DNA of 63,046 bases, filler included, from a bacterium (lineage in GTDB: Bacteria > UBA9089 > CG2-30-40-21 > SBAY01), in assembly GCA_040757115.1 (NCBI GenBank). It is 9 parts of 9 records of this genome, joined end to end, with 100 filler letters (N's around TTAATTAATTAA, not from the genome) between each part and the next. Parts side by side here need not be neighbours in the genome. Positions count along the whole stretch, not along the records: positions 1 to 24,086 come from JBFLYA010000039.1; 8 more parts are not named here. One strand, 5' to 3'. Each line of letters starts with the position of its first letter. Within the stretch, counting starts at the first letter, position 1. Below are positions 1 to 10,435 of the stretch, piece after piece. Under the pieces are notes generated by a model. It searched no databases. It worked only from the letters and a program-made list of their open reading frames with translations, and was not told the origin of the DNA. The translations under genes and the position numbers were made by a program.

Positions 1-122
1 TGTGGAAAACAACAAATTTCCATAAATTTCTATTAGTTTCTATTAATTTCAATTTTTTTAATAATATCTCCCTATCTCCTTAATCTCCACATCTCCTTTT
101 GTTACACCACCTGAACGCTTAC
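1..122. repeat. MITE family A (GTAASCGTTCAGG ends); other pieces at 24187-24312, 26171-26291, 50143-50269, 51884-52025
   Basis: Near-identical copies; four sit at window or contig ends. Confidence 0.85.
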
Positions 123-714
123 AATATTCCTAAACAAAAATATTGATTTTAAGGAAAGATTAAAGGGGAGGGCAAAGAGATATGGGTAGGATTTAAGGAT
201 GGGAGGTGTAATTATTACATAATCTCTCTAATCCTACTTCTGATGCGGGGTTAGAACAGGTCCGACCCTCGAAAGGTTAAAAAGGAGAGGTTTAAATTCA
301 AAGAGGGAGGCAGTTTTGCAGTTTTTAGAAAATTCACCCCTCCAAAAACTACCCTTTCCTAAAAAACGACTTTTTCAACACCCTCAAAAAAAATACTTGA
401 CATATTGTCGGATATAATGTATAAATAATAGTAGATGTTCAGGGTGGGGTGTGAAGACTTTTTCAACACTCTCTTTTTACGGTTAAAATATAAAGTATAC
501 CTTGTACCTGCCCAATCTTGCAAAGAAAGGTGGTGAAAAAACATCCTCCAAAATTTATTGCCGGGCAATCGTATAAGGGAAAAAAAGTGTAAGCAAAGGG
601 GATAAGGAGATAGAGGAGAGGAGGAGATATTTTTTAAAATCAATCTCCATATCTCCAATATCACCACATCTCCATTTTTACACAGACAAAAACTAAAAAG
701 GAGGAAGTAAAAAA

Positions 715-1455
715 ATGAAAAAGACAATAATTTCAGTGATGTTGTTAGTTGGGCTAATTATCAACCCTACATCTGCCTTTACAGCACAAATTTACAGTGC
801 AGATGCTATTCTTACTCCAGCTGCTGGTAACCTTATGGGTGGTTTAGGGTGTTTTGTAGGTGGTGAGGTTCCGGGTCAATATGATTGGACAATAGGTAAT
901 TGTGTACCGGGTGGGACTCCAACAGATGATATGGTGTTTTCAACCAATGATGCAACTGGTTGGAAGGAACGGATGCGGATTACCAAGGAAGGCAACGTCG
1001 GCATCGGGATAACCGGGCCAGGAGCGTCGCTTGATGTGAGAAGCGGTAGTATTCACACAGCGGGGCATTTAAATTTCACCGATTCGGCTGGCACACTTTA
1101 TACTGATAACTGGATTGGGATGGCGAATAATATAGATGGAGACTCAAAATGGCTACATATAGGTGGGATAACAGGCACAAAAACAGGCGAGGCTACTGCT
1201 TATCGAAGAATTGCTTTATACGCTGATAGAACATATTTCCCAGGCAACGTCGGCATCGGGACGACGGAGCCGAATTACAAATTAGATGTCGAAGGTTATG
1301 TTCAAGCACATGGATACTATACTGGTGATATTACCTTCCAAAAGGATGGAAAAGCGCTGTGGAGAATGTTTGAAGATGAAGAGGGGTTGTACTTAGAAAG
1401 CCTTAAAACTGGTAAGGTTTACAGATTTGTGTTGCAAGAGGTAGTTGACAAGTAG
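715..1455 (+). CDS. Secreted tail-fibre-like protein with GNVGIG repeats
   Basis: N-terminal signal peptide, two GNVGIG(I/T)TxP motifs, upstream AGGAGG RBS. Confidence 0.55.
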   Translation: MKKTIISVMLLVGLIINPTSAFTAQIYSADAILTPAAGNLMGGLGCFVGGEVPGQYDWTIGNCVPGGTPTDDMVFSTNDATGWKERMRITKEGNVGIGITGPGASLDVRSGSIHTAGHLNFTDSAGTLYTDNWIGMANNIDGDSKWLHIGGITGTKTGEATAYRRIALYADRTYFPGNVGIGTTEPNYKLDVEGYVQAHGYYTGDITFQKDGKALWRMFEDEEGLYLESLKTGKVYRFVLQEVVDK

Positions 1456-1515
1456 TAGGAATTAGTAATTATCAGCAAAACTGGTGGTAATCTCAGAATT
1501 CAGGTCTCGAATTTT

Positions 1516-1715
1516 GGTGGTGTCTGAAAATAACTCTAATAGTGAAATCTATGCAGATTTGGTGTAAAAAAGGGGATAAGGAGATAAAGGGAGAGATGGA
1601 GATTATTCATTGTAATTTGCAAAATTTTAGAATGAATTTATCTCCTTATCTCCATAATCCCCATATCTCCTTTTCTTACACTATTTCAACCTTTATGCTA
1701 GATTAAGACACCACC
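1516..1715. mobile_element. MITE family B (GGTGGTGTCT TIR); copies at 39741-39940, 5118-5467, 62949-63046
   Basis: TIRs plus target duplications gaatttt, aaaaattc and cattt(c/t)tc. Confidence 0.9.
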
Positions 1716-1800
1716 GAATTTTGGCAGCATCCCTAAATTCGCAAACTTTCTACAGGACTTTTTTCAACAGAAATTCGAGACATGAAAAGGAGGGCAAGAA

Positions 1801-2067
1801 ATGAACGAATGGGTTATTGCACTTGTCACTATTTTTGGAACCGTAGCATCGGTATCAGGAGTGGTGGCATATGTATTCAATGGAACCAGAACATTAGTCC
1901 GAGAAATGCATGCAACAACTAAAGAAATACATGCAACACTTGTAGAAATTCACAAGGAAGGTGAACAGCGACATCAGGAAGTTATGGAAACCTTAAAACA
2001 TCAGCATCAGGATCACCAGGACATAGTGGAATTGTTAAAGAGAGGTTTTGGCATAGCGGCAACATAA
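1801..2067 (+). CDS. Small membrane-anchored His-rich coiled-coil hypothetical protein
   Basis: AGGAGG RBS, N-terminal hydrophobic helix, heptad pattern. Confidence 0.6.
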   Translation: MNEWVIALVTIFGTVASVSGVVAYVFNGTRTLVREMHATTKEIHATLVEIHKEGEQRHQEVMETLKHQHQDHQDIVELLKRGFGIAAT

Positions 2068-2422
2068 GGGATAATATTTTAGGGACGCTGTCCCCAAACC
2101 CCTGTTGGCGGATTGCAATCCCCCAGTCCCCCTTTATACTGTCTGCCAGAGAAGCTTATTTGGTTGTTCTACAAGGTACAAGGTATAGCAGTTATTATTC
2201 AAAACTTTACTTAGAATTAAATACTCGTAACTACTCGTAGTGAATTAACAAGTTATGCGTGAACCATTACTACACTATGTCAAATTAGGGCTATAACTCT
2301 CTATATTTTTAGACAATTATGTCCATTTGGCTTGCCTTCCTCTATTTCTTATGATAAAATGGAAAAAAATAGAATATGAAAATTCTACCTCATCCTTCAT
2401 TTAATGTCCCATAGGGACAACA

Positions 2423-2644
2423 TATAGCACTTATTAATCGAAATTTGACCAGATATGGCTATGAAATTCCAAATCACAAATTCCAAATTCCAAACAAATT
2501 CAAATGACCAAAATTCAAAACATTACCCCCCCATAGTTTGGTATTTAGTACTTGAAATTTGGTGCTTATTTGGGATTTGGTGCTTGGGATTTGGGATTTT
2601 TTACTTATCCACCCTGAGTAAAATTTTGACTAATAACTGCTATA
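2423..2644. mobile_element. MITE family D (TATAGC..TTATTA ends); copy at 48002-48250, related shells 2184-2809 and 45063-45214
   Basis: Inverted TATAGC ends (TA-flanked, IS630-like) with aaattcc heptamer interior. Confidence 0.8.
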
Positions 2645-2949
2645 TCGGTAAATGGCTTTCCATAAACTTTCTACCAATATATCGTTCCTACGGAACTGAT
2701 TGATTTGTCTATCTATTCCTACCGATATTATGTTCCTAACGGAACGATTATTCTCATGCCTTATTTATGGGTATTATCCTATGTAAACTTTCAGTTAATA
2801 ACCGCTATAGGCAGGTCTCTCAAGCCTTCATTCTTCTGCAATTTCTGCCTGCTTTAGTCTGAGGTCTGATGTCTATAGTCTACTGTCTGAATCACAGTTA
2901 ACATATTTTCCCCTTGACTTTCGTCTGATTTTGTAGTATTCTATCTAAT

Positions 2950-3981
2950 ATGAAGATTATATTTATATCCTGGGCGCCGTATTGTAGTCGGAGTGATAAT
3001 ATTGCTAAAAAATTAGGTGGTAAATCATATCTTGTATATTATGGAATGTTGGGGAGTAATTACTGGACAATATTTTTTAAATATTTATTTCAATTTATAA
3101 AAACCTATAAAATATTTTTAAAAGAGCGGCCAGATATTATTCTAACAATGAGTCCACCTATATTTGCCGCATTACCAGCGTATTTCTGGACAAGATTTAA
3201 CCCAGCAGGTTTTATTATTGATGCCCATACCGGGGCGATAATTGATAAAAGGTTGGGAAGAAGGGCATTATTTTTACACAAGTTCCTTTCTAAATATGCC
3301 ATAACGACGATTGTGACCAATGAGCATTTAAAATCTATAATAAACTCATGGAATTGTCACGCCACAATTATAAGTGATGTTCCAGTAGAATTTAAAAACA
3401 GTGCCCCACTTAAATTAAAACCAGGATTTACTATTACATTAATCAACAGTTTTGCCATTGATGAGCCAATTGAGACATTTTTAGCCGCGGCAGAAAGGTT
3501 ATCTAAGATAAATTTTTATGTCACAGGCGATTTAAACGATGCCAGAAGAAATAAAAAAACGATTACTCCTGCCCCTCCAAATGTCCTATTTACTGATTTT
3601 TTACCCAATGATGAATATACGGGTTTGCTTAAAGCATCAGATGCGGTTATGGTTATTACGCTTGATGACCATACAATGCAGAGAGGCGGCTATGAAGCAG
3701 TCTCTCTACAAAAACCATTAATTATCTCAAATTGGGAGATACTCAGAAAAACCTTTTATAAAGGGGCAGTATTTATTGATAATACGAGTGAGGGTATTGA
3801 AAAAGGGATATTAAAAATGAAAGAAAATATTGAAAAATACAAGGTAGAGGTAATTGAATTAAAAAAAGATAGAGCACAAATCTGGAATAACGCTCAGCAA
3901 AGGCTTGAATTACTTATGTCAGAATATTTGGAGAAACGGACATGCCCACAAGGAGTGGGCACAAAGGGGGATGAAAATTGA
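2950..3981 (+). CDS. GT-B glycosyltransferase (GT4-like)
   Basis: PDIILT motif, LLKASDAV..YEAVSLQKPLIIS nucleotide-sugar binding motif; TTGACT/TATTCT promoter-like sequence upstream. Confidence 0.8.
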   Translation: MKIIFISWAPYCSRSDNIAKKLGGKSYLVYYGMLGSNYWTIFFKYLFQFIKTYKIFLKERPDIILTMSPPIFAALPAYFWTRFNPAGFIIDAHTGAIIDKRLGRRALFLHKFLSKYAITTIVTNEHLKSIINSWNCHATIISDVPVEFKNSAPLKLKPGFTITLINSFAIDEPIETFLAAAERLSKINFYVTGDLNDARRNKKTITPAPPNVLFTDFLPNDEYTGLLKASDAVMVITLDDHTMQRGGYEAVSLQKPLIISNWEILRKTFYKGAVFIDNTSEGIEKGILKMKENIEKYKVEVIELKKDRAQIWNNAQQRLELLMSEYLEKRTCPQGVGTKGDEN

Positions 3982-4063
3982 GCATAGAGATTAGAGATTA
4001 GCAAAAGAGTGCAAGTTCTAATTTACTAATTCTCTAATTCTCTAATTAACTATTTTCAGAAGA
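3933..4063. repeat. Repeat shell GATGAAAAT...TTTTCAGGAGAA; related at 26504-26660, 33305-33490, 26392-26503
   Basis: Visible near-identity between 3933-4063 and 26504-26640, and between 33325-33420 and the complement of 26392-26490. Confidence 0.75.
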
Positions 4064-4072
4064 AAAGGGAAA

Positions 4073-5107
4073 ATGGGAATATTAATTAAAGAGGCGGATT
4101 TAGACAAGGATAAAGATATTTTAATCCAGACATTGAACGAAAATAGAAGAATCCCTTTAGACGAAGAGAGATATGTCTGGCTATATAAAAAAAATCCTTA
4201 CGGAAATGCAAAGGTATGGTTGGTTATTGATGAAGACTCAGGAGAGGTCGCTGGTTTCACCTGTGCCTTACCAAGAGCTGTCAAGGTAGAAAATCAAGAG
4301 GTGATTTGCTGGAACTGTGGAGACTTCTCGATAAATAAAAAATATAGAACTCTTGGTGTGGCGATTAAATTAAGAAAAGCGGCAAAAGAATGTGTGGATA
4401 AAGGAATCGTCCCGTTTTTATATGCCCATCCTAATGATAAAATGCTGGTAGTTCACCTTAAAGTAGGTCATACTGTTATTGGCAAAATGTTTCGTTATGC
4501 AAAATTATTAAAGCTTAATGCTAAGATTGAGGAGAGATGGGGTAAAAATTTTCGTTGGGTAAGTAAAATTATTAATCCAATGATGAAATGGACAGGCACG
4601 GAAATATTTAGAAAAAGGATATACGAATTTACTATCACCACGGATAGATTTGGAGATGAATTTAATTCCTTTTTTGATGAAGTAAAAGGAAATTATCCCG
4701 TAATTGGCGTCCGAAGTGCAAAGTATCTAAATTGGCGATTCCGTGAACATCCATTGTATAATGTCGAAACTATTATATTGAAAAAAAATACCTCCATCGT
4801 CGGCTATCTTATCTTTATAACCGAAGCCGGTATTGTGCATATCAAAGACTTCCTTTACCTTAACGAGGAAGCAGGAATGGAACTTTTAAGTAATTTAATC
4901 ATAGAATTAAGAAAAAGAGAGGTCTATTCTATTTCTGCCGGGCTACTTAACACAAATCCATTCATTAATATACTGAAGAAGTTTGGTTTTTCATTACGGC
5001 CAGATTCATCTTCAGTCATTGTGCATCCGAATTCTTCCTTTGAATTTGCTGATTTAGTTCTGGATGGAAGTAAATGGTTTATGACAGTTGGGGATAGGGA
5101 TGTATGA
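4073..5107 (+). CDS. GNAT family N-acetyltransferase (polysaccharide-locus type)
   Basis: W.Y..NP.G, GDFSINKKYRTLG acetyl-CoA motif, RSAKYLNWRF, C-terminal GDRD. Confidence 0.75.
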   Translation: MGILIKEADLDKDKDILIQTLNENRRIPLDEERYVWLYKKNPYGNAKVWLVIDEDSGEVAGFTCALPRAVKVENQEVICWNCGDFSINKKYRTLGVAIKLRKAAKECVDKGIVPFLYAHPNDKMLVVHLKVGHTVIGKMFRYAKLLKLNAKIEERWGKNFRWVSKIINPMMKWTGTEIFRKRIYEFTITTDRFGDEFNSFFDEVKGNYPVIGVRSAKYLNWRFREHPLYNVETIILKKNTSIVGYLIFITEAGIVHIKDFLYLNEEAGMELLSNLIIELRKREVYSISAGLLNTNPFINILKKFGFSLRPDSSSVIVHPNSSFEFADLVLDGSKWFMTVGDRDV

Positions 5108-5462
5108 AACATTTCTCGGTGGTGTCTGAAAATAACTCTAATAGTGAAATCTATGCAGATTTGGTGTCCAAAAGGGATTTCCTCCAAAGAGCAAAATGCA
5201 AAAAGCAAATATAAAAATTACATATCAAAATGTAAAATTATCTCTTTCCTTTCAGCGTTAAAATACTTGAAGCAAAGATATTACCAAATTCCTCCAACTC
5301 TTTGAGAAACCCTGCTACTTCCTCTTTGAAATTTGATTTGTAATTTTGCATTTTGATATTTAATATTTAATATTTGATATTTAATATTTATTTGTTGTCT
5401 CTCCCAAATCCTATTTTGCAGAATCCTATACACTATTTTAACCTTTATGCTAGATTAAGACA

Positions 5463-8453
5463 TCACTCATTTTTCCTGCTTACCAGTTCATCCACATACA
5501 ACAACCATCCTTCAAGCGTTTTATCTGGATAAATCTTTGAGAGTAATCTCAAATAGGTATTTACTTGTTTCTGGTGTTGTGCTGATTGGGGTTCACCGGA
5601 TTTAAACTCAATTACCACCACTTTATCTTGCCAGACCAGAAGCCGATCTACTCGATACTGTTGACCACTTTCATCGACTATCTCCTTTTCGCAATAGATA
5701 CTAATATCCGGTGCAAGCATAAACCATTTTCGCATCTCTTCTCTTTTAAAAAAATCTCTCAAGATAGGAATTATCTCCTGTTTATCTTGACTTAAAGTGC
5801 CAAACCTGTTCTCAATTTCTTCCTCCCATTGTTCCGATAGCCTTTCTATCCCCGCGAGAAACTCGTGAATAAATATTCCTCTCTCTTTAGCCTTTTTACG
5901 GCCAGTATCCCGCAATTCATCGATATTTATCTTTGGACGATAAAGTTTATCTTGCCATTCATTGACCTGGGGAGGATAGATATGACTTTTTCTCTGCTCT
6001 AAAGTTTTTGGAGTTTGAATAAGAGGTGAGCCAATCTCAAGGCGGGGTTCAAGAATTGGCACAGGTAACTTTTTATGACCTTTGAATTTCGGAAGAAAGA
6101 TATAAAGTTCATCAATAGCACGGGTCAATGCCACATAAAATATATTTAGCCCTTCTATCAATTGGGCGGTGAATTCTCTCTCGTAAAGTTCCCTTAGTTT
6201 TGCAGATGCCTCTCGATATTTTTCAACAATACGATAAGGTATAATTCCCTCACCATCCTTTTCATAAATCTCATTAATTGTTGATTTTTCCAGATATGCA
6301 AATGGATAAATGACTACTGGAAATCCAAGCCCTTTTGCCTTATGGATGGTCATTACCCGAATGGCGTTGGCATAGCCGGGTAAAACCACCTGAAAGTCCT
6401 TTTTCTCCTCTTCATCTTTGTTCCAGCGGGCAAGAAACGACTTAAGGCTATTTTCCCCTTCTACCTCAGTGTTTTTCAACACCTCAAGCAATTGAAAAAA
6501 GAATCCTTCTTCATTTGGAAATTCCTGAAACACATTATACCCTTTCAAGATTTTGCTGACTAAATCATAAGGCGGCAGAAAGCCAACCATCTGAAAATAG
6601 TTTTCTAAATGCGACTCCCATACCTCCGGGAATTCATCGCGGAAAAGGGTGTAAAGAGCCTTTCTTTTTATTCGATTTTTAAGAAGAAAGGAATAAATCG
6701 TGAAATGAGTAAGCCCACTTGCCTTGAGGAAAATATCCCCTTGCAAAAAGCCTGCAAATGAAAGATTGTCAATGGGTGAGTTCAGGAATTTTAAGAAACA
6801 GACTATTTCCTGAATCAAGTGGTGTGAAGAAATGTCAAGGGTCATTTCTGAAGCCACGGCAATCCCTGCACCAGTTAAAACCCTGGTAACCCATGATGCC
6901 TCATCATTCGTTCTAACAAGAATGGTAACTTCCCCTGGAGAAAATCTATGGATTATTTTGTTCTGAATGACATCAACAAGATACTGTTCAATTTTCGGAT
7001 ATAATTCATCTTTATCCAATGGTTCATCTATCGACTCTATTCGGACATATCCACCTCTAAATTTCTCTTTTGATTTCTGTTGGCTATGGAGATAAGTTTC
7101 AAAGGGAATGGAGAGTTTTACCTCTTCTGCCCAATGGCTTAGATTTTCCTGGCAAAAGGTATTATTGACAAATTCAACGATATTCTCCCGACTTCGGTAG
7201 TTTATCTCCGGGAATTCTTCTTTAATTTTCTCTTTCTCTACGCTTGGGAAATTTGCTTTTGCCTCATCAAAAAGGGCACTTTCTCCCCCTCTGAAGCCAA
7301 AGATAGCCTGTTTTTTATCACCAACATAGAAAAGCGAACCTGTCTTTGAAAGTGCCTCTTCGATAAGCGGAAATAAGGTTTGCCACTGGCTTCGACTCGT
7401 ATCCTGAAATTCATCTATAAAGAAATGTGCAATACGGTCACCGAGATGAAAATAAACTTCTGGAACAGCCCCTTCGTTTTCAAGGAATGTGTTCAACAGG
7501 ATGTTCAGGTCTTCGATGAAGATGATTTGCATGTGTTTTTTAAAGGAATCAACACCTTCATCAAAATGGCTAATAATATCAATGAATGGGGCAAAACGGC
7601 AGTGCGCGGTCATTTCGGCAAGGGAAGATATACCCTGCCGAATCTCCTGCCATATCTTCTGATGGGAAGGGGTAATAATTGAACCTTTGTTACAAATCTC
7701 ATTCACAGCATCCTTTAGAAACATTTTACTTTCCCAGGGTTGATAGTGAGCATCATTTCTGAAATTGTCAACGGCTCTCTTAAAGTGTGTATTAAACATT
7801 ACCTTTTCCTTGCCCATTTCACAAAATCCTTCCACATCTTTGATAAGATTCGTTCGTAGTTTTTTTATATCTTCGCTTGTGCAAACTCTTTTTACCTTGA
7901 GTCCTTTTAGAACCTCCAGTTTTCTTAGACTACTGATATTTGTAAGGATTTCGTTCTTTATATTCCAGGTAATCCTTGAATTGATATGCAGAAGTTCATC
8001 GACAAAATTAAGGAAGATAGCCTCGAGGGGGGAATTATGATATACCTGAGAGAGAAGTTCATCAAGGGCAAAATTGAATGCCTGGGATGAGCTCATTTCT
8101 ATTTCAAAATGTGGTGGAATCCCCAATTCAAGGGCAGAGGCAGTAGTTACTGATGTCAGAAAAGAGTCAATGGTTTGCACCTTAAAATCTGAATAATTAT
8201 CAAGTAGTTCATTCAGTTTTTTTTCAGCTAATTCTTTGTTTTTAGAATCACCGAGAGCCATTTTCTTAAGGTCAAAAATGATTCTTTCCTTCATCTCACC
8301 AGCGGCTTTGTTGGTAAAGGTAATAGCCAGGATGTTGCGGGCAGAGGTTTTTATCTCTGGCGAAATGAGAAACTTTATATAGCGTTCAGACAGGGTCATA
8401 GTTTTCCCCGCACCTGCTGAAGCAGATATAACCAGAATATGTGGAAATTCCAT
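5463..8453 (-). CDS. UvrD/AddA-like ATP-dependent helicase with C-terminal PD-(D/E)XK nuclease
   Basis: ASAGAGKT Walker A, AITFTNKAAGEM, IDEFQDTS, VGDKKQAI, MTIHKAKGL, YVALTRA, RVDRL..VIEFKSG; start placed at MEFPH because the longer ORF start lies in a repeat shell. Confidence 0.9.
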   Translation of the reverse strand: MEFPHILVISASAGAGKTMTLSERYIKFLISPEIKTSARNILAITFTNKAAGEMKERIIFDLKKMALGDSKNKELAEKKLNELLDNYSDFKVQTIDSFLTSVTTASALELGIPPHFEIEMSSSQAFNFALDELLSQVYHNSPLEAIFLNFVDELLHINSRITWNIKNEILTNISSLRKLEVLKGLKVKRVCTSEDIKKLRTNLIKDVEGFCEMGKEKVMFNTHFKRAVDNFRNDAHYQPWESKMFLKDAVNEICNKGSIITPSHQKIWQEIRQGISSLAEMTAHCRFAPFIDIISHFDEGVDSFKKHMQIIFIEDLNILLNTFLENEGAVPEVYFHLGDRIAHFFIDEFQDTSRSQWQTLFPLIEEALSKTGSLFYVGDKKQAIFGFRGGESALFDEAKANFPSVEKEKIKEEFPEINYRSRENIVEFVNNTFCQENLSHWAEEVKLSIPFETYLHSQQKSKEKFRGGYVRIESIDEPLDKDELYPKIEQYLVDVIQNKIIHRFSPGEVTILVRTNDEASWVTRVLTGAGIAVASEMTLDISSHHLIQEIVCFLKFLNSPIDNLSFAGFLQGDIFLKASGLTHFTIYSFLLKNRIKRKALYTLFRDEFPEVWESHLENYFQMVGFLPPYDLVSKILKGYNVFQEFPNEEGFFFQLLEVLKNTEVEGENSLKSFLARWNKDEEEKKDFQVVLPGYANAIRVMTIHKAKGLGFPVVIYPFAYLEKSTINEIYEKDGEGIIPYRIVEKYREASAKLRELYEREFTAQLIEGLNIFYVALTRAIDELYIFLPKFKGHKKLPVPILEPRLEIGSPLIQTPKTLEQRKSHIYPPQVNEWQDKLYRPKINIDELRDTGRKKAKERGIFIHEFLAGIERLSEQWEEEIENRFGTLSQDKQEIIPILRDFFKREEMRKWFMLAPDISIYCEKEIVDESGQQYRVDRLLVWQDKVVVIEFKSGEPQSAQHQKQVNTYLRLLSKIYPDKTLEGWLLYVDELVSRKNE

Positions 8454-8651
8454 ATATTTAAAGTATAGCCCTAGTGCTCTGTCGCTACTCAATTGATGTG
8501 CTCCCTTGGCCTAATCATTACCCACATCTTTTAGTGGACAGATTAGATAGAAATTCCAAATTCCAAGCACCAAATTCCAAATAAATTCCAAATTCCAAAC
8601 ACTAAATTCCAAAGTTTATATTACAACGATGGAAATTCATTTAGACTTTTC

Positions 8652-8863
8652 GTAACTATTCACCACGAAGAGCACGAAGGGCAGGGAGATGTTACAGAAC
8701 AAATCTCTTTATGCCTTCTTTCAATCTTTCCACATTGAAATTTATCAATAGACCAACCTTGATATTTGCCAATTTCATATATGTCAATATTTGAACTTCA
8801 TGAATTCGATAATTCATCAAATTTCACTTCGTGCTCTCCGTGCCCTTCGTGGCGAATAGTTAC
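8652..8863 (-). mobile_element. GTAACTATTC-ended element carrying an internally deleted GxxExxY gene; relatives at about 10450-10613, 25821-26170, 43595-43764, 62679-62755
   Basis: Translates MKFDELSN joined to IHEVQILTYMKLANIKVGLLINFNVERLKEGIKRFVL*, homologous to the C-terminus of 38549-38923. Confidence 0.85.
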
Positions 8864-9076
8864 CTTTATTCTCATCTTAAAATCTTTCGAGCCCAAAGAC
8901 TCATTTGCCTCAATATAGTTTGCTCCAACTGAACCCGAAGCCCTAATTATTTGCTTTAGATATTCGATATTAGTAATAGTTTTAGGTAGTTTCTTACAGA
9001 ATAAAGCAACCTCTTGAGCAAATTGATAAGTTCTTTCTTCTAAATCATATTGTTTGGAATTTTGAATTTTGGTCAT
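8864..9076 (-). pseudogene. Four-helix-bundle (23S rRNA IVP/Avd-like) gene, interrupted
   Basis: YDLEERT..QIIRASGSVGANYIEANE..KDF motif; cut after MRIK by the 8652-8863 element; a possible terminal EKSK* remnant lies near 8637-8651. Confidence 0.85.
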
Positions 9077-9292
9077 TGGAATTTATTTGTATTTTGGAAT
9101 TTGTGATTTGGAATTTTGCCACTCACTCCGCTCTCCTGCAATCTCTAATCTCCCGTTTATAGTTTATCCTTGCTTACCTCATCTTGTTACCCAACTTGTG
9201 GGTAAGGATTAGACCCCCGCCAGCGGGGGACAACGGCCAATCAATCACTTGAATAGCGACAGAGCACTAGAATAGATAAACTTCTTTATTTC

Positions 9293-9955
9293 TTAGTGTT
9301 TTCGTGGCTGAGTAGTTACAATTCCTGAGCATAAATTCAAAATAATTTGATGTATTTCTTCAACACTTTTTTGTCGGTTGATTATTTTCACCCTTGCCGA
9401 TTCTTGTTTGCTGATTTCAAGGTAACCCTGTCGGACTCGTTGATGGAAGTCAAGTGCCTCTTGTTCAATTCTATCTCCCAGACCTGCCGTAGATAAAGTT
9501 TTAGCCATTTCCAATCCTTCTTGCGGGTCAACATCCAGAACAAAGGTTAAATCTGGCTTAATCTCCTGGGTAACCACAGCGTTAAGTTTTTGAATCAAAT
9601 CTTTATTTAGCCCTCGACCATAACCCTGATAGGCCATCGTAGCGTCAATAAAGCGGTCACAGATAACTATTTTACCTGCCGCTAATGCTGGTTTTATTAC
9701 CTCCTCGATATGTTGAGCTCTGGCAGATAAATATAGAAATAACTCAGTTAAAGCCGACATATTGGAATTCTCCGGGTCTAACAATATCTGCCTTATCTTA
9801 TCACTAATCTTAGTTCCACCGGGCTCATAGGTATGAATTACTTCAAACCCTTTTTCTCGCAATGCCTTTGTAAGTAATTCTGACTGGGTAGTCTTTCCAC
9901 TACCCTCAGTGCCTTCAAAGGTAATGAACATACTGAGACGATTCATTTTTATCAT
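9293..9955 (-). CDS. tmk: Thymidylate kinase
   Basis: FITFEGTEGSGKTTQ, EPGGT, VICDRFIDATMAYQGYGR. Confidence 0.95.
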   Translation of the reverse strand: MIKMNRLSMFITFEGTEGSGKTTQSELLTKALREKGFEVIHTYEPGGTKISDKIRQILLDPENSNMSALTELFLYLSARAQHIEEVIKPALAAGKIVICDRFIDATMAYQGYGRGLNKDLIQKLNAVVTQEIKPDLTFVLDVDPQEGLEMAKTLSTAGLGDRIEQEALDFHQRVRQGYLEISKQESARVKIINRQKSVEEIHQIILNLCSGIVTTQPRKH

Positions 9956-9994
9956 TTTACTCTAATTTTTTTTGGATTTTATCGACCTGCATGA

Positions 9995-10334
9995 CCTTTT
10001 GCCGCACCATCTATAATGGTGTTGCTCAGATATAGCAATTAGCAATCGACTTTTTAACCAGGCTCGAGCTATATTTAAACAACACATTCATTCGTAGTGG
10101 TATATTATACCCAAATAAATTGAGTTTGCAAATATTTTGCTCTAAAAAGGGAGCAAGGATTTGAGGGGTCAAGGATTCAAGGGAGGTGAAAAATAAGGTG
10201 TTCACTCGCCCCCTGGATCCCTTGACTCCTTGAATCCTTTCAAGAAAGTTTTTGCAAACCTGTTTTCTTTGAGTATAATTATTCGGCATTAACCTCTTCT
10301 TCTGTAGAATACCCCAAAAAGTAATATTAACCAC
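9995..10334 (-). pseudogene. Decayed 5' fragment(s) of an integron integrase
   Basis: 10007-10073 aligns at DNA level with intI 14900-14962 (YSSSLVKKSI..ISEQ vs YSSILTKKSIPISEQ) with a tagcaat duplication; a repeat element lies at about 10123-10259. Confidence 0.7.
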
Positions 10335-10339
10335 CTAAA

Positions 10340-10435
10340 ATTATACAAAATTTACTATTTTTTGTCAATGTTTTTATTGACAAGTTGAGATAATAGTGAT
10401 AAAATACAGAAAAACTGTATAATCACTTGTTAGAC
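10340..10435. promoter_or_regulatory. Back-to-back PintI/Pc-like promoters plus attI-like site 1
   Basis: Minus strand TTGACA-17-TATAAT (10340-10368); plus strand TTGACA-17-TAAAAT (10377-10405); GTATAAT-N4-T-GTTAGAC core at 10429-10435; homologous to 15050-15145. Confidence 0.75.

Noticed and set aside
2455-2703. Small ORFs inside repeats (also 39710-39931, 48179-48409, 30935-31183, 18700-18921, 359-727)
   Set aside because: They are translations of MITE or attC repeat DNA or intergenic sequence, with no independent coding evidence.
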